The notes beneath the pieces were generated by a model. That model saw only the letters and a program-made list of their open reading frames with translations. It was not told the origin of the DNA and ran no database searches. The position numbers were made by a program, and so were the translations under genes. A stretch of DNA of 64,000 bases from Candidatus Micrarchaeia archaeon (GTDB taxonomy: Archaea > Micrarchaeota > Micrarchaeia > Anstonellales > Bilamarchaeaceae): the NCBI GenBank assembly GCA_041653635.1, contig JBAZFC010000001.1:433723-497722 (forward strand), read 5' to 3'. Positions 37,988 through 47,088 of the stretch are shown here, one piece after another. How positions within the stretch are numbered: the first letter of the stretch is position 1; every line of letters begins with the position of its first letter.

Positions 37988-38572
37988 TCAGGAGAAAACC
38001 AATTCCAGCACTCCATTCTTATACTTCTTTTCCATCTTCTTCCCGCCCACATCCTCGGGCAGCTCCACCTTCCTGTAATATTTGCGCGCCCCTTCCGCCT
38101 TTATTTCCAATTCCTTCCCGCTGACGCTGAGCTGCACGTCCTTCTCGCCAACTCCCGGCATCTCCGCAATGACGTTTATGCCTTTCTTGTCCTTGAAAAC
38201 ATCAACCAGGGGCTCCCTTCCCTCGCCTTCATGTTCCTGCTCCCGGCTTCCAGCTTCCGAAATCTTCTCCCGCCCTTCCCCTTCTCCTGTTTCCCTCTCC
38301 AGCACCCTCATCTCCTGCTCCTTCCTCTTTATGTCCCCGAACTCCGTAACTACGGGTTTTCCGTCCTGCCCTACCCTTATGGAGAACCCATAAACCTGCG
38401 GCCCCCTCATCTGGGAGAGGCGCCTCACCTCGTTTTGGGGCATGCCCTTCATCATCCGCTCCATCATCTCCTCCATCTCCTCGCGCATCCGCTCGAACTC
38501 GCCGCCGAACCCGAACTCGTCCTCGTCAAGTCCGAAGAACCCGAAGGGCCTTCTCTTCCTGCCGGTCGCCAT
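37988..38572 (-). CDS. hsp20: archaeal small heat shock protein Hsp20
   Basis: VYGFSIRVGQDGKP, REPLVDV, AEMPGV, YKNGVLE. Confidence 0.92.
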   Translation of the reverse strand: MATGRKRRPFGFFGLDEDEFGFGGEFERMREEMEEMMERMMKGMPQNEVRRLSQMRGPQVYGFSIRVGQDGKPVVTEFGDIKRKEQEMRVLERETGEGEGREKISEAGSREQEHEGEGREPLVDVFKDKKGINVIAEMPGVGEKDVQLSVSGKELEIKAEGARKYYRKVELPEDVGGKKMEKKYKNGVLELVFS

Positions 38573-38643
38573 AACAATCCCACCATACAGTCGTCCCCAT
38601 AGCTATTTAACTTTTCTCTTGCCATCCCTCCAATGGTGAGCAA

Positions 38644-38859
38644 GTGGAGGAGAAGAAAAGTTTCGACCTTCCGAAGCCGGTAAAGGAGGGCGACATATTA
38701 GACGTGACGATTGAATCAGTGGGCGGCAAAGGCGACGGCATGGCCAAGAAGGACGGTTTCGTCATTTTCGTGCCGAACGCCCAGAAGGGAGACGCAATCA
38801 AGGTAAAGATAGTCTCGCTCAAGCGCACCTTCGGCATAGGCGAAAGGGTGGAGGAATAG
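38644..38859 (+). CDS. single TRAM domain RNA-binding protein
   Basis: PVKEGD...IESVGGKGDG.AK.DGFVIFVP; GGTGAG SD upstream of the GTG start. Confidence 0.9.
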   Translation: MEEKKSFDLPKPVKEGDILDVTIESVGGKGDGMAKKDGFVIFVPNAQKGDAIKVKIVSLKRTFGIGERVEE

Positions 38860-39294
38860 ATGTTCATACCCGACCCGTACGAAAAATTGAAGAAGCTCCG
38901 CAAGAAGATGTACTGGGACTTCCCGGACATTTTCGGCAGGGAGTTTGACTTCTACACCGCGGAGGCGAGGATTCCGCTCGCCGACCTGCGCAAGGAAAAG
39001 AACGACCTCGTCCTCGTAGTGGAAATGCCCGGCCTGCACAAGGAGGACATAAAGGTGGACTTGCACGAGGGCAGAGTCCGCATCTCAGGCGGCAGCAAGG
39101 CGGGCAAGGAAGAAAAAGGAAAGGGCTTCTACCACAAGGAACGCCTCATCTCCGCATTCTCACGCGAATTGGCGCTCCCCGAGGAGGTTGACCCCTCCTC
39201 CGCAAAGGCCAAATATGAGGACGGAGTGCTGGAAATCCGGATGAGGATAAAATCCGGCCAGAAAAAGAAGGGCAGGCAGTTAGTGATACGCTAA
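38860..39294 (+). CDS. Hsp20/alpha-crystallin family protein
   Basis: EMPGLHKEDI, ER..SAFSR.L.LPEEVDP..AKAKYEDGVLEI. Confidence 0.9.
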   Translation: MFIPDPYEKLKKLRKKMYWDFPDIFGREFDFYTAEARIPLADLRKEKNDLVLVVEMPGLHKEDIKVDLHEGRVRISGGSKAGKEEKGKGFYHKERLISAFSRELALPEEVDPSSAKAKYEDGVLEIRMRIKSGQKKKGRQLVIR

Positions 39295-39379
39295 AGTGGT
39301 GCAAATAACGTTCGCAAAAGTTTCCTTTCTCCCAAAACCTAGCCATTTAAATACTCTTTTTGCGACTTATACTACCATT

Positions 39380-40744
39380 ATGCCTTCAAATAATTCTCCA
39401 GAAAAATCCAGGCAGCTTTCGCTTCTCGATGAAAGCGGCCCAAAGGGCCTCAGGAGTACTCCGCCCCCGCTCACTGCAAGGTACGGCTCCACAAACCGCG
39501 TCCCCAGGGAGTTCTTCTTCCCCGAAGGCGACGTGACGCTTGAGCGCATAGTGGGCGCCATGCAGTCCTGGAAGAACAACGGCATAGACGGTTTCAAAAG
39601 GGCGTACGCTTTCCATAGGAAGCTGCTGGCCGCGGAAGGGAAGCCCCGCCTGAGGGAGGACGGCACGCTGTATGAGCAGCACCCCGCCAGGGTGGCCCTG
39701 CGCATGGCGATTGTAGGCGGCGGCTCCGACATAGTCACGCCCGCTTATCTTCACGACATCACGGAGGATTTTGACGTGCCGCCGGAAAGGCTCGGGGAGT
39801 TCGGCCACATAGTCACCCCCAGGGTATCGCTCCTCACGAAGGGCAGGTGGAACCCGGACGTTTCCCCGGACTGGATATATCCTGAAAACCCGGCTTTTTA
39901 TACGATGGAGGACCTGTACGAGCCCACGATGTACGCCATGCGCGCAAGGAGCTACAACGACCGGCTCCTGGATGCCGGCGACATCTCCGTGGTCCTGATA
40001 AAGGCGGCGGACCACCTTGACAACCTCATGCACTGGGACAAGGCGAAGCAGCAGAGGAACGTTGAGACCATGCTGAACAACGTCCTTGCCATCCTCATGC
40101 GCATGCTGGCGTGGGAGGACGTGCAGGCGCTCGTGAAGTTCATACGTGAAAACGTCAAGCTGGAGGTGCCCGAGGGCATGCTCGTGCAGTCAAAGTCGTG
40201 GGTTGAGAGGCACGAGCCGAGGGACATCATACTCAGGAAGGGGCTGAAGGGCATGCTCACCGGGCTGCAGATTCCGCGCTCCGGGCAGGCGAACATATAC
40301 GGCGCAAGCGCGAAGTACGCCCTGCCCCTTGGCTGGTGCGAGGTCGGGCTCCCCAACGACCGCAAGGACTACCTGAAGCTTCTTACAGATGCGTTCTCCC
40401 CGGACTATTCGGTAATCCCGGTGGAGAGCAAGCTGCCCCCGGGCATGCCTGCCAGCGAACAGATGTTCCGCGTCTTCATACCCCGGGACGAGGCAGCCAT
40501 CGCGCCATACGGCTTCGCGTTTGATGAAAGGACCGCGCGGCTTACATTGAGCATGGGGGAGAAGAGGTTCAGGTTAATGCTGCACACCCTTGACCGGGAA
40601 TTCATCATAGAAGACCCTGCCCTGGACGGTCCAATCCATGATATCGAGGCACGTTGCCACGACATCGTTTCAAGGGTAAGGGATTTCCACACCAAGTACA
40701 TCCTCCCGGGCCTTGAGGCGAACTCCAGCATACCCCCGCAGTGA
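39380..40744 (+). CDS. RelA/SpoT-type HD hydrolase domain protein with unknown C-terminal region
   Basis: R.DGTLYEQHPARVA, LHDITED, LIKAADHLDN; start reassigned to ATG 39380. Confidence 0.75.
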   Translation: MPSNNSPEKSRQLSLLDESGPKGLRSTPPPLTARYGSTNRVPREFFFPEGDVTLERIVGAMQSWKNNGIDGFKRAYAFHRKLLAAEGKPRLREDGTLYEQHPARVALRMAIVGGGSDIVTPAYLHDITEDFDVPPERLGEFGHIVTPRVSLLTKGRWNPDVSPDWIYPENPAFYTMEDLYEPTMYAMRARSYNDRLLDAGDISVVLIKAADHLDNLMHWDKAKQQRNVETMLNNVLAILMRMLAWEDVQALVKFIRENVKLEVPEGMLVQSKSWVERHEPRDIILRKGLKGMLTGLQIPRSGQANIYGASAKYALPLGWCEVGLPNDRKDYLKLLTDAFSPDYSVIPVESKLPPGMPASEQMFRVFIPRDEAAIAPYGFAFDERTARLTLSMGEKRFRLMLHTLDREFIIEDPALDGPIHDIEARCHDIVSRVRDFHTKYILPGLEANSSIPPQ

Positions 40745-40750
40745 TGTTTT

Positions 40751-41344
40751 ATGCAGCTTTTCGGCCTTTCCCTCACAATCCCAAAAGATGTCTATGAGCC
40801 CGCGGAGGACTCAGAGATGCTCGCCTTCCATTCCCACAATCTGAAGGGAAAAATCCTTGAGATTGGAACAGGCTCCGGCCTCGCTTCAATCCTTAATGCA
40901 AAAACCAACCCTTCAAATGAAGTGCTCGCCACGGACATAAACCCCGCCGCGATAGAATGCGCAAAAAAGAACGCGGAGGCAAACGGCGCCAAGAACATCC
41001 ATTTCCTCCAATCCAACCTTTTTGAAAAAGTGGAAGGGAAATTTGATTCTATCCTATTCAATCCGCCCTACCTCCCCACCTCCAAAGATGAAAGGGTCCC
41101 CGGCAACCTCAACTACGCATTTGACGGCGGAGAGGATGGAAGGAAAACATTGGACATCTTCCTGGAGGAATTTGACAAATTCCTCGCTCCGAAAGGAGTC
41201 CTTCTCCTAGTCCAGAGCTCCCTCAATTCCACAGAAAAGACGCTCGCAACCCTGCAGGGAAAGGGCTTCGCAACAAGAATCCTTGAGGAGCGCCCCTTCT
41301 TCTTTGAGATTATCTATCTAATAGAAGCCCAAAGAACAGTATAA
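40751..41344 (+). CDS. HemK2/PrmC-like release factor glutamine methyltransferase
   Basis: VYEPAEDS, LEIGTGSG, FNPPYLP, DGGEDGR. Confidence 0.92.
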   Translation: MQLFGLSLTIPKDVYEPAEDSEMLAFHSHNLKGKILEIGTGSGLASILNAKTNPSNEVLATDINPAAIECAKKNAEANGAKNIHFLQSNLFEKVEGKFDSILFNPPYLPTSKDERVPGNLNYAFDGGEDGRKTLDIFLEEFDKFLAPKGVLLLVQSSLNSTEKTLATLQGKGFATRILEERPFFFEIIYLIEAQRTV

Positions 41345-41351
41345 GCGCAAT

Positions 41352-42581
41352 CTAGAGAATAATATACGCGTTCCCCTTCTTCGTAATCGTCAAAGCAGTT
41401 TCCCCGGAGAACCCGAACGTCTTCGCATATCCCTTCTCTATCTTTATGCGCATCCCGTCCCTCACGAGCGCCCCGCGGTTGTCAAATATGTATATCACTC
41501 CCTCGCTCCCCTCTTCGTCCGCCACCACGAGCCTTGTCAGGTTTTCCTTCACCCTCTTGCTCTTCTGGTACTCCTTCTGCTCCACGCTCTTCACGAGCAG
41601 CGGAACCGTGGTCACGTTCCTCATGCCGCTTTTAAGCTCCGTGAGATGGGTAATATTCATCTGCTTGTGCCTGTCCTTCGCAACCCTGAACGCCAGCTTT
41701 ATCTCCTCCTCCGCGTTCCTCACCATGTTCTGCATCGCCTTTTTCATGACGTCCTCGTCACCTTCCGAGGCGAGCATCGTATCATAAGCAAGCCTGAACA
41801 GGCTCCCCTTCTCCTCCCTCTCCTCGCGCACCTCCTGCGCCTCAACCGCTTCGGGCGTCTCCAGCTCGCTGGAAATCTCGTCCATCTCCCTTCCGGCCCT
41901 GCCCATGTCCAGCTCCTTAGTCCCCACGCTCTGGAGCCCGAGCTTCCCATCCGTTGAATCTTCCGAGGGCTCTTCGGTTTCCGGCTCCCTTCCCTCTTTC
42001 CCGTTGTTCTCCTTCTTCTCCGGAATCCCCGGCTTCTGCCCCTTCGCCTCGCCCTCGTCGCTTATCACGTGCGTCTCTGCACCTGAAATGACATCCAAAT
42101 AATCAGTAAGCATCTCCTGCACGGCCCTGCCCTTCTGCTCGTTAACCTGGCCGTTCTTGCCGAACGCCTTCATGTAAATCTTTTCCAGGGTGGGGAGCAT
42201 CCTGCCTTTCATCGCGGCGGCCTTCTCCTTGCCCAGCTTCCTCTCCATCAGCTGCTGCAGGGGCCTCATCATCTTCTCGCGCGCCGTTTCCGCCTTCCTC
42301 TCCTCCTCCACGCTCTTCTTCTCCTCGGGCTTCTCGTCCGCGCCGTTCTTGAACACTTCCGCGAACGACATGAGCTCCGGCTGCGCCACCCTCTTTCCAT
42401 CCAGCAGCGTCCTCGCGAGCGTGCTCACGCTCGCATCCTTGTCGTAGGTAAGCTCCAATAGCGCGAAGTTCGCCGCAGGGTCCTCATACCTTGCAAGCTC
42501 TGCCGCGGCCTGCTTCCTGACCTGCGGGTTCGCGTCAAAAGTGAGCGACACTAGCTCATTGAGAGTCGGTTTGCGCGTCAT
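41352..42581 (-). CDS. HEAT-repeat plus acidic linker plus OB-fold protein
   Basis: N-terminal DANPQVRKQAAAELA HEAT-like pair; C-terminal VADEEG...GMRIKIEKGY OB-like strands; start ATG 42581. Confidence 0.7.
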   Translation of the reverse strand: MTRKPTLNELVSLTFDANPQVRKQAAAELARYEDPAANFALLELTYDKDASVSTLARTLLDGKRVAQPELMSFAEVFKNGADEKPEEKKSVEEERKAETAREKMMRPLQQLMERKLGKEKAAAMKGRMLPTLEKIYMKAFGKNGQVNEQKGRAVQEMLTDYLDVISGAETHVISDEGEAKGQKPGIPEKKENNGKEGREPETEEPSEDSTDGKLGLQSVGTKELDMGRAGREMDEISSELETPEAVEAQEVREEREEKGSLFRLAYDTMLASEGDEDVMKKAMQNMVRNAEEEIKLAFRVAKDRHKQMNITHLTELKSGMRNVTTVPLLVKSVEQKEYQKSKRVKENLTRLVVADEEGSEGVIYIFDNRGALVRDGMRIKIEKGYAKTFGFSGETALTITKKGNAYIIL

Positions 42582-43368
42582 CCTTAACACCCAGCTCCTC
42601 CAGGGCCAAACGGAACACGTTGAGGAGCGCATGCCCCTCGTCCTTGGTCGGATTCGCCCTCGCGAGAACCCTCGCGAACGCAACCTTGCACCTTCCCGGG
42701 TTGCGAAGCCTATATCTCGCCGCCATCTTATTAAACATATGCGTGAGTGCGCGCCTCTCCGAAGGCGAAAGCCGCTCTTCCCCCCAAGAGGAAGGGGGGG
42801 CACCCCCCTTCTCTCTAGGGTACTCATAACCCCCCATTTTTGTCCTTGCAAACCCAGCTTTAGCCATCCCACTATCAATGGAATACAGAACCACCGCAAC
42901 CGCATGGCTAAGGTTCAGCACCGGATAGCCCGCGTGCGTTTCCGCATGCACCAGCAGGTCGCACGCGCTTATCTCCTTTTCATTGAGCCCTATCCCCTCC
43001 CTGCCGAAAACCAGCGCTATCCTCTGCCCGCCGCGCTCCCCCAGTCCGGCGCAGAACTTTTTCAGGGGCACCGCCGCCCGTATCGTCCCCTTGTTCCTCT
43101 TCAGGATGCCCGTCGTCCCCACCACGAGGCCGCAATCCCCCACCGCCTCCCGCAGCGTCCCGTACCTCTTCGCCTTTTTCAGGAGCCCCACCGCATGCTT
43201 TGAGAACTTGACAGCGTCGGCCCCCAGCCCGCATTTCGGGCCCGCTATCCTCAAATCAGAAAAGCCGAAATTCTTCATAACGCGCGCGGCCATGCCGACA
43301 TTAACATCGTATTCCGGCCCTACAAGGACCACGCAGAACGTGGGCGCGGCCCCTTTTTTCCCGCCCAT
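42556..43368 (-). CDS. trmJ: TrmJ/TrmH-family SPOUT tRNA methyltransferase
   Basis: VVLVGPE...NVG..AR.MKNFG, LVFGREGIGL, YPVLNLSHAV; linker contains a repeat copy. Confidence 0.9.
   Translation of the reverse strand: MGGKKGAAPTFCVVLVGPEYDVNVGMAARVMKNFGFSDLRIAGPKCGLGADAVKFSKHAVGLLKKAKRYGTLREAVGDCGLVVGTTGILKRNKGTIRAAVPLKKFCAGLGERGGQRIALVFGREGIGLNEKEISACDLLVHAETHAGYPVLNLSHAVAVVLYSIDSGMAKAGFARTKMGGYEYPREKGGAPPSSWGEERLSPSERRALTHMFNKMAARYRLRNPGRCKVAFARVLARANPTKDEGHALLNVFRLALEELGVKDDAQTDSQ
42782..42865 (+). repeat. dispersed hairpin repeat, copy A (inside trmJ)
   Basis: CCAAGAGGAAGGGGGGG-CA-CCCCCCTTCTCTCTAGGGTACTCATAACCCCCC matches copies B and C. Confidence 0.8.
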
Positions 43369-43432
43369 GTGCGTTTTATAAATCCTTCTCCTTAAATATT
43401 TTCCACTTATACTTATTTGGTGCAGTGGTACG

Positions 43433-43963
43433 ATGGAACTCGATGAACTTGAAGCACAGATAAAAACGCTTGAGGACAAGAAGTCCGGCCTCATAGAGGA
43501 GATTAAGAAGAACTACGGCCGGATACGCTACAAGAAGTACGAGGAGAAGGCCCTCGACCCGTACCTGAAGGAAACAGAGCACGTGATGGTCGGCCCGGTC
43601 AGGAAAAAGCTCCGACAGCTGGAGTTCCGCATATCCACCCAGGCTTACACCCCGCAGATAGAGCGCCAGATGATAAAGGACGTGCGCAAGGCGGAGGAGG
43701 AGCTGAAGGGCCTGAGGCAGGTAGAGCGCGCACGCAGGAAGAAGAAGCTCGTGCAGCAGGACATCATAGACGCGGAGAACCGCATTAAAGAAATAGAGGA
43801 GGAGCTCAAGAAGATACGCGAGACGCTCAAGGAGCTCTACGGGAAGGCGCGCACCTCAAAGTCGGCGAACAAGCAGGGCGTCACCTTCGGGGAGAAGCAC
43901 GACCACCTCGTCTCCATGGGGGATGTAGTGATTATAGAAGAGGAAGGGAAGGACAAGAAATAA
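43433..43963 (+). CDS. archaeal coiled-coil protein
   Basis: Heptad-rich charged helix; LEFRISTQAYTPQIER motif. Confidence 0.75.
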   Translation: MELDELEAQIKTLEDKKSGLIEEIKKNYGRIRYKKYEEKALDPYLKETEHVMVGPVRKKLRQLEFRISTQAYTPQIERQMIKDVRKAEEELKGLRQVERARRKKKLVQQDIIDAENRIKEIEEELKKIRETLKELYGKARTSKSANKQGVTFGEKHDHLVSMGDVVIIEEEGKDKK

Positions 43964-44350
43964 TTACCTGATTAGTTTTTTCCCTTCTTCAATTATCTTT
44001 TCGTGGTCAAATCCAAGCTCAGGCAATTCCTTTAGCGGAAACCACTTCGCCTCCTTCGCATCATCCCCGCCTTTCAGTTCCCCGCCCACCGCCTCGCACA
44101 GATAAGCCGCAGCCACGGTCCCCCGCGGGTCCCTGTCCGGGCCTGAGAATACCCCGATAAGTTTTTTCACGCGCACGCTCAGCCCCGTTTCCTCAAGCGC
44201 CTCGCGGGCGCAGCACTGTTCCGCCGTCTCATCCGCCTCGGCGAACCCTCCGGGAAGCGCCCACTTCCCCTTAAACGGCTCATTCTTCCTCCTAATCAAT
44301 ACTATTCTCCCGTCCCGCACTATCATGGCATCTGTTACGAAAGGCCTCAT
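43964..44350 (-). CDS. NUDIX hydrolase
   Basis: WALPGG...E..EQCCAREALEETGL Nudix box; RDPR. Confidence 0.92.
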   Translation of the reverse strand: MRPFVTDAMIVRDGRIVLIRRKNEPFKGKWALPGGFAEADETAEQCCAREALEETGLSVRVKKLIGVFSGPDRDPRGTVAAAYLCEAVGGELKGGDDAKEAKWFPLKELPELGFDHEKIIEEGKKLIR

Positions 44351-44412
44351 GAGATGTGTTGAAATTAGTGTATTTATAAGCATTTCTCCACAAATATTAT
44401 TCCGGGGTACAT

Positions 44413-46449
44413 ATGCCGGAACCTAAAGGCAAACTTGATTCATCTAATGGAGAGAGGGTAATCAGGCTGGATTCAACTGAGCCATGCGCTCCTAAGGCGA
44501 GGGATTTGCGCGGCAGGGAACCTTGTTCCAGCAGGGATGCAAGGAATGCGCATAATATGAGCGCAAAGATTTCACTTCTCAATCCGTCTGGAGAGGAAAT
44601 TGCAACCGAAACAATTGCTGAAGGCGAAACAAAATCAGTTGGGGGCATTCGCGTAACCGTTTTTGCAGTTGGCATTACTCTCGCAGGATGCGAGTACATA
44701 ACAAATAACTATTATAGTCAGGATGCCACCCAGGAGCCAGACGACGCTGGCGAGCCGGAGATAACTGATGCAAGTGGTGAGGTTTCCATTCCGGAGGCCT
44801 CTGATTCCGAAGCCGAAGCTCCAAACATGTGCGAAACCGCCCCCCGTTCTGAAAGATGCGACATCAGGACCGAAACCAGGTCAAGATGCGTCGCAGGCGA
44901 GAACATTGCAGTCGAGAACAATGGTTATCTGTTCGTGCCCACGGGCATAAGCGAAGACGGAGTGAGCATGAGGGTATTGGATTCTCTTAACAGTTGCAGG
45001 CAGATGGGGGACGACAGCACGCTACAGATTGGGGAAATAGTCATACTTTCCCTAAACGGCGAAACATTCACCGCAATTGCGCCGACGATAGCATACTCGG
45101 ATTCACCGCCGTGGGCAATCCTTGACATTGAGAAATCCGTTGCGGGCCCGGTTTGCGCAGAAGAAATGGACAGGTGCACGGAAAGGTCTATAGATCGGGC
45201 AACCTGTGACACCTACGAAGGGAAGGGCGTTCCATTTGACAACCTCCTTTTCATTCCCGCAAGGATTTACATGGAAAGTTCTGTTCCGGCAGCTGAGATG
45301 ATTGTGCAGGACAAATATAGGGAATGCGAGGTCGTGGGAACAGCCGCAATACTCCAGGGAGAAGAGGGTATCATCACGGTTGGCACGCAGCCTTATCGTG
45401 TAAAATTGGACGAAGCAATCGTTTCCGACCCGTCAATGGGCCTATCCTCCGCAAGATTGGTGATAAAGCGCGGCGCAGGCCCTGACCCTGCAGTTTGCCC
45501 GGATGTGACCGGGACTTGCGAGGATTTCCCGCATGGCAATTGGCTATGCATGGTATATGAGGGGAAGGCTGCGGATTTGGAAGGTGGTCGCCTCATGACC
45601 GTGCGGAGGATATGGGAGGAAGGGGGCGTTAAAAAAGTCACACTTGAGATGCAAGACCTTCATGCTGATTGTGCCGTGGTATATACATTCACTCTTGATG
45701 AGCATACTGATACTGGATCATGGCCATTTGAGTTCCGTGGCAGGGAGTATGGAATACATGTATATTATTTGAATACCGAAGGAGCAACAAAAATGGCAGG
45801 CCTAATTGTGTACCCGAGGACCTGTGACGATGAACGGCCAGCGGACTTTTGCACTTCGCCCTCGCCGACCAGTGTGGAATGCATTACGCGTGATAGCGCA
45901 GCAGTTGAGTTTGATGGCATACATTTTTTCATAAATCCGCTTGAGGACTCAACAATCGGGCCGTTCGCGGAGGTTGTTGCAGAAGATATGTCTGATAGCT
46001 GCCATAGAGAATTTGGCCGTGTTCTTATCAACGTTCCAGGCTATTCATACGTTTTTGCTGGCGAATATTCGTATAAAATAACTGTATCCACAGCCGACCT
46101 TGGTTCCGGGGAGCTTTCTATAACAATAGAACGCGGTGCGCCAACCATATGCGATGGCAGCGAAAGGAGCGAGTACCTTGATGTGGCCGGAGCCCCGCCT
46201 CTAGTCTCGGCTGATGGTGTGCTCACAGTTAGCCTTACAGACATAACAAGGGATGTTCCGCCACGCGCCTCGTTGCTGGTCACGGATACGGTAAGCGGAG
46301 ACGTGGTGAGGCGCGTCCCGTTGCCGGCCGGTGGCACCGCAATTGTGACATACCGCGGAGTGAACTACATAATACTGGTGCACGATGTTTCGTCAGGCGT
46401 AATGCTCATAGACAAGTGGGCATACGCATCCATAGCGACCTGCGAGTAA
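44413..46449 (+). CDS. large acidic Cys-containing repeat protein, probably cell-surface
   Basis: Four to five ~110-aa beta-rich repeats with recurring D-x4-C; start uncertain. Confidence 0.7.
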   Translation: MPEPKGKLDSSNGERVIRLDSTEPCAPKARDLRGREPCSSRDARNAHNMSAKISLLNPSGEEIATETIAEGETKSVGGIRVTVFAVGITLAGCEYITNNYYSQDATQEPDDAGEPEITDASGEVSIPEASDSEAEAPNMCETAPRSERCDIRTETRSRCVAGENIAVENNGYLFVPTGISEDGVSMRVLDSLNSCRQMGDDSTLQIGEIVILSLNGETFTAIAPTIAYSDSPPWAILDIEKSVAGPVCAEEMDRCTERSIDRATCDTYEGKGVPFDNLLFIPARIYMESSVPAAEMIVQDKYRECEVVGTAAILQGEEGIITVGTQPYRVKLDEAIVSDPSMGLSSARLVIKRGAGPDPAVCPDVTGTCEDFPHGNWLCMVYEGKAADLEGGRLMTVRRIWEEGGVKKVTLEMQDLHADCAVVYTFTLDEHTDTGSWPFEFRGREYGIHVYYLNTEGATKMAGLIVYPRTCDDERPADFCTSPSPTSVECITRDSAAVEFDGIHFFINPLEDSTIGPFAEVVAEDMSDSCHREFGRVLINVPGYSYVFAGEYSYKITVSTADLGSGELSITIERGAPTICDGSERSEYLDVAGAPPLVSADGVLTVSLTDITRDVPPRASLLVTDTVSGDVVRRVPLPAGGTAIVTYRGVNYIILVHDVSSGVMLIDKWAYASIATCE

Positions 46450-46489
46450 TCCCTTTTGATTTTCTTTCTTTAATTCAGGAGACGATGCA

Positions 46490-47065
46490 ATGAAACCAGC
46501 AACAATTCCCAAATCCGAGCCTGCGGAATGCCCCCAAATCCCAGAACGGAGGCGCTTCCTCCACACCGTGCTCTTTGCAAGCACGGCGCTCGCAGCCGGC
46601 TGCAAATCTAAAGAATCCAACCCAGCAACATCCGCACGCCTTTTCCAGAACCACCCATTCCCTCTTGGCAGTTCATCCCTCACCCTCAAGGAGTGCAGCG
46701 GTGCGGAACAGACAGCAACATTTGAGGTCTCCAGGCCCGGAAATGAACTCCCGGATTCCGTAACCCTCCGCATCCCCGGCTCCTTCACGGTTTCCGGCAT
46801 CCATCCCCCGGCATCCAACAAATACGAAATCTATGTTGAAAGCATCTCCCGCAATGCACCAAATTCCGCAGATGTCTCCATCTTAGAATCCACGCCAGCC
46901 AAAGGTTCCGAAAATACCGCAGGGCTTTTCTCCGACCTTCCCGCCATAGGCGCGGCAGTCGCTTTCTTCGGAGCGGTGGCTTTCTGGATTACGCACCGCC
47001 GCAAGCCTGAGGAAAGTGAAGGCACCCTCCTGGGCCCCAGGGGCGGCAAAACCACAACCATTTAA
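46490..47065 (+). CDS. putative Tat-type lipoprotein with C-terminal TM anchor
   Basis: ERRRFL twin-arginine motif, LAAGC lipobox, C-terminal hydrophobic helix followed by HRRK. Confidence 0.6.
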   Translation: MKPATIPKSEPAECPQIPERRRFLHTVLFASTALAAGCKSKESNPATSARLFQNHPFPLGSSSLTLKECSGAEQTATFEVSRPGNELPDSVTLRIPGSFTVSGIHPPASNKYEIYVESISRNAPNSADVSILESTPAKGSENTAGLFSDLPAIGAAVAFFGAVAFWITHRRKPEESEGTLLGPRGGKTTTI

Positions 47066-47088
47066 TTACTCCCTGAGGAATTTAACCA

